Shown here: piece by piece, positions 13,901 through 24,992 of the stretch
How positions within the stretch are numbered: the first letter of the stretch is position 1
How the letters are laid out: every line of letters starts with the position of its first letter
Assembly: GCA_951804945.1 (NCBI GenBank)
Contig: OX638150.1
Coordinates: forward strand, 71,982,001-72,046,000
Length of the DNA stretch: 64,000 nucleotides
Origin: Podarcis cretensis
Taxonomy: Eukaryota
Reading direction: 5' to 3'
The notes under the pieces: model-generated
Seen by the model: only the letters and a program-made list of their open reading frames with translations
Database searches by the model: none
What the model was told of the DNA's origin: nothing
Made by a program: the position numbers and the translations under genes

Positions 13901-15484
13901 GATTGTAATTTTCTTTCAGATCAAATCAATATTATTTTGATCCGTTGTTTCAGGGCCTCTAAAATGCACAAGGCCCAGAGGTCAGTGTCTACTCTCCGCC
14001 TATTTGGTAACCTAGTACTATTTAATAGTGCTTAACATTGGCAGATTAGGTTTAATGTTTTTATCAAACCACAAGAGGAAACCTCTTAAACCTTTTCACG
14101 GCATTTTTCTTTAATTTCTAAATGGCTTCCAGCCCACTAAAGCAGTGATTTCCAAACATTTCATTATAAAGATCCACTTGTGGGATTTCTTTCCCAAATG
14201 TTGATTCTACCACCCTGGCTTGGCAGTCTCTTCTCCACTGCTCCTTCTGCCACATTGGCACCTACAAGCATTGCCAGCATCCTAGCAACCCTCTTATAAG
14301 GCCAGAAGTGGATCCCAGTGTACCGCTTGTGAGTCACTGGAGTAATGAGTCATTAGTTTCATGATAGGAGGGATTCAAATGGCATTCACTCACTCTGCAT
14401 TTCTCAGCAATATTTAATGCCTGCATCCTATCTGCTCTGCTTATAGCTGTTGGTTGTCTTCTAGGGGGTGGGGGGAAATGTGACATCCATGATTTATTGT
14501 TGTTTCATACTCGGAAGAGGTTGTAGCACAAGGTGTCTGAAGTTCATCAGTGCCTAGGTACTACTTAGTAATAGTATGTGGTAACTTGACACTTACCTGT
14601 AGTGTTCACATATTACAGCACACGGTTGTTTCACTTCACCCAGTGGTCATACCCAGTGGAAAAAGTCTGAAAATGTAATGTTGTGTGCAAACATTGCAGG
14701 GAATACGATGAATCTTTGGCTAGAATGTTACATCCAGTGTTTCTTGAGATGGAGAGGTCCAGAAGTATGAATTTTGGGAATGGCTTTGCAAAGTAGCACC
14801 ATGCGGATAAAGATGGTGGGATACACTATTTTTATATTAATGTGGGTTTTTTTTTTTCATTTACAGAACAGGTTTCTTTAGGAGGAGAAATGTTACTTCT
14901 GCAACTTTAAAATGGGACACATATTTGGGAGGTGTACAAAAGAATTAGAATGTGAATGTTCCTGTAAATCGGTCAATGCAGTAACTTTAGAGAGTGGCTC
15001 TGCTGCCACATTTCTTAGGGTTGACTTGAAATTGATATAAAACTTGTAAGAGTAGCATGTATACAGTACTGCAGTTGCTAGGGTGATGTTACTCCAGCTT
15101 TCTACATGGTTTGGTGGTGATTTTTCTCCATGCCTCCACAGGGTCTCTGAACAAAATAAAGTCTGTAGTGGCATGGAAAAATAGCTTTGCATGGTGAGGT
15201 AATGAACTCACCAGTGAGTCAGCCGCCATTGAAAAATGATTTAAAGCAGCTTCCATGGGGTAGACATATTACATGCCAGGATTTCTTACATTCCACTTCT
15301 TGTAACCTTGTTGGATGAAAATTCCACTCCAGAGAGATGCGGTTTGGACAGTGTGATTCACGTATTCAGCATCTTGTGTTCCATGTACTTTTAGATGCTC
15401 TCTGATTAAAAAGACTTGTGAAGGCCTAAGGTAATAGTGTGTGGTAAAGCAAATCATTGATCTACCTGTTGCCTTACTTTCCAG

Positions 15485-15578
15485 GATTACATATTCTACC
15501 TGGAACCAGAGAAGCTTGAGTCAGGAAAAGGAAAATGCTCGTATGACCCAAAGGTGGACACCGTATCAGCATTAATAA
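15485..15578 (+). CDS. SEMA3F: SEMA3F exon 7 (DYIFYLEPEKLESGKGKCSYDPKVDTVSALI)
   Basis: ttccag acceptor, gtgagt donor; 94 nt. Confidence 0.96.
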
Positions 15579-15606
15579 GTGAGTTCCATGGTTGTGCAAC
15601 ATCAGT

Positions 15607-15715
15607 CATTCTATAGGCATACAATTGTAGAGTTGGAAGGGACCCCCAGGGCCATCTAGTCCAACCTCTAGTCTCAACTAAAACATCCATGACAGATGGT
15701 CATCCAGCCTCTGTT
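15607..15715 (-). mobile_element. CR1 LINE 3' end fragment
   Basis: gtagagttggaagggacccc..atctagtccaacc, the reverse complement of the CR1 3' tail; homologous to 42237-42390. Confidence 0.65.
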
Positions 15716-18132
15716 GAGAAATTTCCCTTCATTATGAGTTCTAAAACGATATCAGGATTGATAAGGGGGAGGGGAGCTATGCTACTTATAAGCATGCAGC
15801 GCAACAGCTGCTCTGTGTCAGGAAATGGTTTTGGCCATCCTCAGGCATGGATGAGTTAGCTGGAAATGTCATCGGAGTTAATGGGGAAAGATCATGGCCT
15901 CTCGGATGCTGTTAAAGAAGAGAAAGGACATACTATTCACTAAACTGCAGTGTCCCATCTGGTGGGAGAAGAGGAGGAATAGGGCTTTGGCGAATAGCAA
16001 AGTTCTGAGAGGTTCCTTGGCAAAATTTCACAGATGACATTTATGTCACTTCGTTATGGTCCAATCGTTTCCACTTATCCATCAGACATGATTATTCCTC
16101 CCACTGCCCTAGCATTCCAAAACAACACAATGCCTGATTGGCCAGCTATATTCACGTATAGTCAGCTATATTCTGACTTAAGCCAGCTGCAAATTTCATG
16201 CAGACCCCTCTACTTCCCTTGAGAAACCTGGTCCTTTCCATTGGTCATGCTAGAGTTACCAATGTATATTTTACTCTTTCCCCTTAATATCTGTATATAA
16301 ATATATCTTTGAATGTTCTCATCCTCTTGGATTCTTATATCCTTCCCTCACCACATAGACCCACCTTTTTTCACTCAACCCCAGGTTGATTTCAAGTATG
16401 GGCATCCTCTGAACTTTGTCCTGTGTGGCCATACCATCTCCCGCAGGGCCCCTCCATCTCCAGTTCAAATGGTGGCTCAAGCTCCACAGGGCTTCCCCCT
16501 ATGTGGAGGGCTGGGGTTACAAAATTTCACAGCAGGGAGATAATTAGGAGTGGTATCATTGTCCTACTGACCCTGGGCCTACTACTGGCACAACAGCTGC
16601 ACCACTCTCCCCTAAGAGTCGGTTCCAGTGCTGGCCAAAGTTCCTTCTTCCTGCAAATCCCCCAACCCCTTGATATGGCTTGGCTGCCTCTGATCTTGTC
16701 CAAGCATTAGTATCCATTTACACGACAAGCCCCAAACTTCTTAATTAATCTGAAAGCAGCTGCAGCACTGGCCTGAGACAGGCAGGAATTGTGCCCTTGT
16801 ACCAGTGGGTTCCTGTCTGAGTGCTGGACCTGATTAGCAGCTTTGCTAATGAACTTAGGTTCATTTCTGTAAGCCTTACTAATTTCTGTATAAGAGATTC
16901 AGTGCAGCGGTAGGGAAACTATGGAAGGGCACCTAACAGTTCATATGTTGTGCATGACTAATAATCTTGATCCTTTTCTCCCCTGCCTTTGATCATTATG
17001 AGGTTTCTTCTATCAATGAAAGGTCAGAGCAACAAGAAAGTGCCCCTTCTACAGAGACCCTGCTTTCCCCTTGTCGTTTCTTTTCATTCCCACTCTCCAA
17101 GAACAATTCACACAGATTCCAAGTTTGATCTCACTTACTACCAAATAGGATCACCATACCACCCGCCCCCCCAAAAAAAATTCTAGCATTTAATTAATAC
17201 ATCCTTAAATATATAGCCGTTCCATGCTGACAGCAGCTTCAGGCATGACCTGAATGAAGTCAGGAGACCAGGAAGTGCAGGTGCTTTGCCTTTTTTCTTT
17301 CCCCACATCTCTTAGCCAGTGTTACTCGATACAATAATTATTGTGCATGGACAAGAATTAGGAGATACAGTCCCCCTTTACTCTTTATTTCATGTTTTAA
17401 TTACAAATTTCTGAATTCCCCTATTAGCACCTAAAGCATCTGAGTTAGGGGCGGGGAACTTCTTTTCCTCTAACTTCTAAGTTTGTCTGTAAGAATTGTT
17501 GGTGATGCCACCAGAGTGGTATGACATGGAAAGGCTGCATGTTTCCGCAAGAGAGAAGATCAGGGAAAACAGCACAGAACAGGTTAACCCTAAACTATTT
17601 AAACTATATTAGGTGTGAAGGGCAGTTGATACACCTAGGGTCAAACTAGATGAGATGCAGGAAATCTGTGATTGGCTCTCTTGATGTTTCTTGGTGTTTG
17701 GGTGGTGGTGGTTTTTTTAAAGCAGCTGCGGGGGGGGGGGGGGCTTGAATGGAATGCGGCAGTGGCACTGGGAGAGGGATTAATCCCCCCACACATACAT
17801 GGATTTCCCAGTCTAAATCACATTTCCCCTCAAAGCTGAGAAAAAATATATATGGCTGCCTGTATACTATTTTCCCCTATCAGGCAAATAGTAGAAGTGG
17901 CTGCAGTTTAGACAAGAAAAAAGGCCTTGGTTGAATTCTCCCTTCTTTGAACACTGTGTTCAGAGGTTGTGTGTGTGAGAGAGGAAGATGGGGAGAGAAA
18001 ACTCTAATCAGAGCTTTCTTATTGAGTTTGAAAATGAAAGGACTACAGAAGGAGGGGAGTTTCTCCTTTTCCTACCCATTTAAGAGTTCTGAGCAAATGA
18101 ATGAATGAATGTTGAGGATCTAAGAGAGATAA

Positions 18133-18289
18133 TGTTAGGATATTTCCGTTCCACCTTAAAAGGGAGCAGGATGTTTGTGTCACAGCCTGCGTATTTCCTG
18201 TTCACAGAAACATCCTGTGAACAGGAAATACGCAGGCTGTGACACAAACATCCTGCTCCCTTTTAAGGTGGAACGGAAATATCCTAACA
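18133..18289. repeat. Perfect inverted repeat (75-bp arms, 7-nt loop) forming the PPT-side terminus of the Copia element
   Basis: 18133-18207 is the exact reverse complement of 18215-18289; loop aaacatc. Confidence 0.97.
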
Positions 18290-18303
18290 TCCTCCCCCTT
18301 TCC
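18290..18303 (-). other. Polypurine tract GGAAAGGGGGAGGA
   Basis: 14 purines directly before TGTTAGG on the - strand, just after the RNase H stop codon. Confidence 0.9.
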
Positions 18304-18326
18304 GTGTAACCTGTAGTACCTGTGGT

Positions 18327-21300
18327 TCAACCCAATTGCAACCTCTGTACATAAACCTTAAGTTGTTCTCTGTTAACAACCTTAGACAACAGATCAGCAG
18401 GAATTTCATTTCCTGGCATGTAGGACACCTGAATGAGTCCTTTCTGAATACACTCTCTTGCACGATGTAGCTTAATCTGCAAGTACTTGGTTCTTTGCTT
18501 GCAACTCTCTGAGTTCAGCAAAGCCAAACAGGATCTATTGTCTTGATACACTTGTATAGGACATTTCACAGACACTCTGATGTCCTTAAACAGTTGCATC
18601 AACCATTCACAATCCATGAGTGAAAATGACAGAGCATTGAGTTCTGCTTCACAGGAACTTAGGCTTACTGTCGTCTGCTTCCTGCACATCCAGTCAAACA
18701 GACCGTGGTTGTACACGTAGCATACTCCAGAAGTGCTTGTACCATCCGTGGTGTCACTTCCAAAACTAGCATCTGCAAAGATTTCAAGACCTCCAGTCTT
18801 CTGACTGGTGAACCTCAGCCTGTAGTGCAAAGTTCCTTTCAAATAGCGGGCTATGCGCTTCAGAGCTTTCCAATCCTGAACAGTAGGATTGTTGGCATGT
18901 CTGCTAAGCAGGTTAGTGCTTACAGCTATGTCAGGTCTTGAGCATCTAGCAATGAAATTCAGCTTGCCTAGAATGCATCTGTACAGCGTAGTGTCAGAAA
19001 ACGCTTCAGCAGTACTATCTACCTGGTAACCTGTCACCATCGGTGTGTCTGCTGGGTTTGCATCAACCAAATTCAACCTGGTTAATACATCAGCAGTTTT
19101 CTGTGTCTGGTGTACCAGAAAATTACCTGCTTGGTCCCTCTCCACCTGCAGAGAAAGATAGTTGGATACCTCACCAAGATCCTTCATGTCAAAGTGCTCC
19201 TTCAGCTGAGCTAGGGTGCTTTTGTACAAAGCCTGATTCTTCCAAAACATCAGAAGATCATCAACAAAACATAAACAATAGTTTGTTTTGCCCCTCCTCC
19301 TTGACAAACACACATGGATCAGCTTTGCCCTGGTGAAAACCTAGAGAAAGCAATGTCTCAGTGAGTTTTGTGTTCCAACACCTGGCACTCTGCTTGAGAC
19401 CATATAAGGATTTCCGCAGTTTACAGACCATTCCCTTCTGTATCTGCATTCCATCAGGTGGAAGCATAAACAGCTCCTCTCCCAAAACCCCGTACAAAAA
19501 AACTGTATTAATGTCATGTTGGGAAACATGCAGTTTCTCCTCTGCAGCAATCTTGAGCATCAGCCGAATGCTCTCATACTTGACAGTGGGTGAGTAGGTC
19601 TCGTGGTAATCCTGTCCTGGTACCTGAGAAAAACCTCTGGCAACCAATCTGGCTTTGTGTCTGACAACTTTGCCATTCTGGTCTGTCTTGGCCTTGAAGA
19701 CCCATTTGCTGCCAACCAGTCTCATTCCTGGGACTACCGGTACCAGTTCCCAAGTTTGGTTCCTTTTCAAGGAATCAACTTCAGCCTTCATGGCATTAAG
19801 CCAAGGCTCAGCATCTTTAGAGGTTAACTCCTGAACCTCTTTGAAGCTTGAAGGTTCCCACACCTTCTCTGAGCTACTAAGAACAGCAGTTGCCATCTTA
19901 GCAAACTCATCAGCAAATCTCTTTGGAGGTCTGCCTTTCGTGGCCCTTTCAGATCTGTGAACTAGACGCAAGTCTTCTGCACTCATCTCCTCCTTCTTAG
20001 GAGAAAAGTGACCAATGGTGAACAGTGGTTCTTCCAGTTCATTGTCAGATGCATCAGACGGTCTGACTGAGGCCTTTGCGCTCTTGTAGTCTGCTGTGTC
20101 ATCACTGTCACTGACACCAGCAGCAGCGCTGCCCACTGAGCTGGAATCCGAACTCTGATCATCATCATCATCATCCTCAGCTTCCTCTTCTGCCTCAACA
20201 CCATCTGCTTTTTTCACATCACCTTCATCCTCCTCTGGGTAACTCTGGAAAATTCCCACATTTCCCCCCCACCTGGGATTGTACTCAACACTCTTTGTGA
20301 ACTTAATGGACTTAGAGTCAGTCATTCATACCCTGTATGAACCTTTTTCGTACCCCATGAACAAACCATGTGCCCCACGCTTCCCAAGCTTGTTGCTCTG
20401 TGGGGTGTGTACCCACATGTCAGAACCAAAGATTCTCATGTGTTTGACGTAAGGTTTCTTACCAAACATCTTCTCATAGGGAGTACAACCAATAGGTGAT
20501 GACAATCTGCGATTATAAGTGTAAACAAACGTTGACAAAGCCTCCCCCCAATACTTCTCAGGGAGATTGGCATCATGCAACAAGGTTTTCATGCCTTGAA
20601 GCAATGTTTGCTTTGCTTGCTCACAAACCTCCCATGTGGGATCCAGGACTTGAGAGGCTATGCTGGATTCCGTTCTCAGTCAGGAAAGCTTCAAACTGCT
20701 GAGAAGTGAATTCAGCCTCTCGATTAGTAAACAAACAGTCAATGCGTTTACTGTGAACATTCTCCAACCAAGCACAGAATGCCTTGAACCTAGGAAATGC
20801 GTCCGATTTCTGCTGGAGGATAAACCCATGAATGTACCTGGAAAAGGAATCAATTAGAACCATGAAGTACCTTGCTCCACCCACAGAGGGCGCAAGTGGA
20901 CCAACCAGGTTTGCGTGGACTAGCTGGTAGGGTTTGGAAGCCTGCCTGCTAGACTCCTTGCCTTTTGGAGCAACCTTCACCTTGTTCTCTGCACAAGATA
21001 CACATTTCATGTGAAACTTACAGGGTTTGATGTTCAAACCCTGAACCAAATCAGGCATCTTGGCCAGCGCCTGCCAAGACATGTGACAAAATCTTCGATG
21101 TGCCTCATGAATACATCCTGCATGAAGAACTTTGTTAGTTTGTGCAACACAACAAGAATCAACATTAGACACAGCAACAGCACCATTGTCATCATAAGTT
21201 ATACAGAACAAACCATCTAGAAACTTTGCATGCAAAATGTCCTCTTTGCCTTTCCTGATGACACAGACGCTCCTCTTGAAGGAAATCTCAAAGCCACGCC

Positions 21301-22247
21301 CAGTCAGCTGTGGGACACTGAGCAAATTGTCTGCAGCACCTGGAACATAAAGTACATCTTTGATGGTTGTGTGCAGACTTGCCAGTTTCACAGTCCCTTC
21401 TCCTGCGATTTGCAACGACTTTCCATCAGCCTAGTGGATGTCTCAGTCTTGAGGTGTGAAGGAGATAAACAGATGCTTATCTTTTGCCAGATGGCGGGTG
21501 CATCCAGAATCTACAATAAATCTGGCCTTGGCCTTTGGAGCAGCTTTTCCAGCAAGCAAAACCTTGTTTTCCACCGGCGTGGGCTTTTGCTGCTTGCCCC
21601 CCTGCTCCTGGCCATCAAACTTGCCTTCGGCTTTTGGAGAAGCAGTGCCAGCAAACAAAGCCTTGTTTTCCACTGGCGTGGGCTTTTCACCCCCCCCCCT
21701 TCTGCCTCGGGCCATCTGCAGGCATCTGTCTCTGTTTACTTCTGGCCTTCCGGTATCTGTGAGGATGACCTTGGCTCCCATGAGAAACAGAGCTCTCAGC
21801 TGCCGACTCCTTGGCTCCCCCTGGAGGCTGGAATGCTGCCTGGGATGACATCACAGTCAGCTCCCCCTGCAGCTTGCAACCGGTGCCCTCAGCATCCCTG
21901 CATTCACTCGCATTATGGGAAACAGCCAGGACCTCCGATGCAGTCAAACTCTGGGCTGGGATGACTGGCAGATGGGCTATCTTCAAAGCATTCCACATCT
22001 GACGTGCAGTTGTGTTGCCAGCTAGCATAGCAATTTCCTCCAGAGAGACGGACAAGACTATTACGTCTATGGCCCTTGAATCTTGGGCCCTCCATCTATC
22101 TGTCAGAGGAACTGGAGGGGCTTCACACACAGTATGCCACACTCCAAACTGTTGTAGTAGACTTTCACACCATTTTGCCCAGGTCTCATAATTGTGCCGA
22201 TTTAACTTTGGGCACTGAGCAGCTTCAGAAGCTTGGAAAAACTCCAT
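18327..22247 (-). pseudogene. Copia gag-pol polyprotein broken by about 3 frameshifts and 3 in-frame stops
   Basis: Consecutive ORF fragments 21687..22247, 21443..21781, 20621..21415, 20326..20604, 19261..20325, 18327..19313. Confidence 0.93.
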
Positions 22248-22447
22248 TCCAGCTCTTTACTTGAGCCTCGAGTCTTTTTTACTTCAGAGACTCCTTATCT
22301 CGGCAGCTCATAAATCTTGCGGCCTGCCATGCTCGACTCCCAGGCCAATTAAGCCAGCCGGACATCAAAGAGACTCTGCCGCGGCAATTTTTCCACATAC
22401 CTTACAGCAGTGTTTTGCAGTCTTACTCTCCTGTAAGTGCTGTGAAT

Positions 22448-22461
22448 CTGAGCCTGAAACC
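22448..22461 (-). other. Putative degenerate primer-binding site GGTTTCAGGCTCAG
   Basis: 3 nt after ...CCCAACA; 10/14 match to the copia half-tRNAiMet PBS GGTTATGGGCCCAG. Confidence 0.55.
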
Positions 22462-22464
22462 TGT

Positions 22465-22531
22465 TGTTGGGATACTGCCAGGGAGACATCAGGGTCATGA
22501 TGGCCTTTGTCTCCCTGGCAGTATCCCAACA
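22465..22531. repeat. Perfect inverted repeat (24-bp arms, 19-nt loop) forming the PBS-side terminus of the Copia element
   Basis: TGTTGGGATACTGCCAGGGAGACA (22465-22488) and its exact reverse complement (22508-22531). Confidence 0.96.
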
Positions 22532-22898
22532 GATAATGGTTCCAGTTTCATAGTCTGGCAATACTGTCTGTGCCATCCATGCCCAAAATAAAACTTTGCA
22601 TTCTTTTCTCACATGGAGATGTACAACCCCCTGGTGCACAACTTTTTTTTGGGGGGGGGGTGGATAAAGGTGGGAAAAGAAGAAGGTTGAGGTACTTGTC
22701 TTCACATCATTGTTCAAAGTGCCAGTGAGTAGCTTCCCTGTTTCTGTAGGTATCATTTAAGAAATGAACCATTCCAGGCATTTCATATATTTCCCCCCAT
22801 CCCTCTCTTTCACAGAACCAGTGGGGTGAGTGGTTGGGAATCCTGCCTCAACAAAACTCTCAATTAATTTCCTTCCCCCTATCCTCTGTTGCCCACAG

Positions 22899-23018
22899 AT
22901 GAAGAACTCTATGCTGGTGTCTACATTGACTTCATGGGCACTGATGCCGCCATCTTCCGCACCATGGGCAAGCAGACTGCCATGAGGACTGACCAATACA
23001 ACTCCCGTTGGCTAAATG
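22899..23018 (+). CDS. SEMA3F: SEMA3F exon 8 (EELYAGVYIDFMGTDAAIFRTMGKQTAMRTDQYNSRWLN)
   Basis: cacag/gtgagt; 120 nt. Confidence 0.97.
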
Positions 23019-24777
23019 GTGAGTGAAAGGGGGGCAGACTGCAGAGTTTGAAGTGCAGAGTACAAAAAGCAGGGCTGCATTCATGATCTTCGTGTCCAAT
23101 GTCCATGCTACATGATGGGAATTGTGACTTGGAGCACAGAGTTTCCCTCTCTTCTTTCCTCTCTCTGTTTCAGAATATTATTGTAAGAAAGAAAATGTGA
23201 ATAAAAAGAGGCTTTAGTTAAGAAAACATTATACTAGCAGGAGTGTTAACCAACAACCCCCCTCCCCTTTGTCTTCAAGTTCCTTCTGTGAGTGCACATT
23301 GCTCCATGGTGACTTCTCAAGTCTGGCTTCCTGAGGGCTTCATGCCAAGTCATACCAGCTGCCTACAATTGGTTTCTTTTACCTGTCCATATATAGCCAT
23401 CTCAGTGGGCTTTGTTGTGGATGATGGAATCTTAATTTAGCTCTCTGGACCCCCTTTCTCATCCTGGTGCCCTTTGAGTCTCCTTTGCTGTTACGGTGTC
23501 CCCATGACACTTATCATAACCTTCTTCTGTACTCCCTTGTTTTTGGTCCTTGATACTTGATTTTGCTGTTGCCTTGCCCTTGCACTGACACTTGTCCATA
23601 CTTTCTGTCTAGCTCCCAAGACACCAGGAATAGGGCTCTCCTGCCCTGTTCATGCATTGCCAGCCTTAATAGATATGAAATGCTCCATCTATGTGGAACA
23701 CAAAATACAGAATCTGCAAATGTTCCTACTTCATTTGGGTTTTGTAAAGCACATCACTGAAGAAGTCCTTGTCTTCTATAATTTTCTTTCCATAAAGAAA
23801 ATATATGTGCTAAGTTAAGACATCTGGTCATTTCAGGAGTGCGTTGGTATTTGACTAGTTTCTCTTTTTGCTTGATTCCTTGGCTCTGGTATATGTCCCC
23901 TTTTGTGCATTCAAAAGCATTTTGCTCCTGGAATTATATCTCTACACACAGTTGGTGGTGAAGGGCAGGTTTGTATTCTTGTCATTTCTGATAACTGATC
24001 CAGGGCATTTAATCTCCTGCCCTCTCTCCTCCAGCATGCATCATGGAAAGGGATCCAATGAGAGAAGGTCTCAGCTTCCTTTTTGGTTGCACCTCCAGCT
24101 GTTGTGAAGCAGCAAAAACAGCTGAGTAAACTGGGGTTGGGAATCAAATTTAGGGAGATGTCATTTTAGTAACCTGAACAGAGCTATCTATGAAAGCAAA
24201 TGTTGGATTATAAGGGTGACCATTTGCCTTCCATGGCAATTCTTTAACAGTGATGGCTCTAGAGAAAATACCAACATATCCCCAAATTGCAGGGCTTCCA
24301 AGATATTCTTACAAAAGCTTTTAAGGCAGACAGGTGTGCTTGCAACCACATAAATCTTACATCTCCCCCCCCCCCACCGCAAGCAAGGGAACTTGGTACT
24401 AATGATGAAGGTTACTGACATTAGACTTATGAACAGCCCAGGCCCAGAGTTTTTCAAAGTATGGTACACAGCTTCTCTTGGACAGATGCATAGAGTTGTG
24501 TTTCTGACAACTTACAGGTCCAGTTACCTCAGCACACCAACGTTATGTGGGTGCAGAAATTTGGCGATAGTATGTGTATAAGAAAGCACTAGTGCATGTG
24601 TGACAGAATGTAATATGGGTGTAACTTGACTGGTAATATGGGTGTGTCACTAGATGAAACTCACCCTGTTCTTACACAGGAGAGGCCTAGGCTTAACTAT
24701 TCATAGTAGGGTTTATATTTAAGTAGAGCAGCAAGGCGTTGCACTTCTGTCAAGGCAGCCCACTGTCCACTTACTCC

Positions 24778-24992
24778 TGGGGTTGCCATATTTCAAAAAA
24801 TAAAAACCAGGACACCCTGAAGGTTGAGTTTTTTCCTTTGTTTTTTTACAAAAATGCCAAGAAAACGTGATTTTTCAATTGACTTTCCTAAGATTCAGGA
24901 CACCACCACCTTTCAGAGGTTCCCCCCGGGTGTCAATTCAGCATTTGAAATCCTGGTAATGTCTAGGAAAATCCGTACGCATGGCAGCCCTA
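24778..24992. mobile_element. Non-autonomous hAT element (MITE)
   Basis: TIR TGGGGTTGCCA / TGGCAGCCCTA; 8-bp TSD cttactcc / ctcactcc; related to 38958-39094. Confidence 0.75.

Larger units (their letters stand above)
18133..22531 (-). mobile_element. Ty1/Copia retrotransposon (gag-PR-IN-RT-RH, disrupted) with hairpin termini instead of direct LTRs
   Basis: Domain order gag (KLNRHNYETW), protease (IVDSGCTRH), integrase (HRRFCH..CVSC), RT (KARLVARGFSQ, SLYGLKQS, FVDD), RNase H (ADASF, SSCEAE, QDN, ADLLSK); TG..CA ends; GATAA TSD at 18128-18132 and 22532-22536. Confidence 0.97.

Noticed and set aside
18133-18289. Independent MITE or miRNA gene explaining the long palindrome
   Set aside because: It abuts the PPT, has no TSD of its own, and its left flank GATAA pairs with the far end of the Copia element, so it is part of that element.
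21230-21964. 244-aa + strand ORF as an antisense gene
   Set aside because: Shadow frame of the Copia gag/PR region with no recognisable domain.
18133-22531. DIRS-type (tyrosine recombinase) element with inverted or split repeats
   Set aside because: It encodes a DDE-type integrase upstream of RT (Copia order), shows no tyrosine recombinase, and has a 5-bp TSD.
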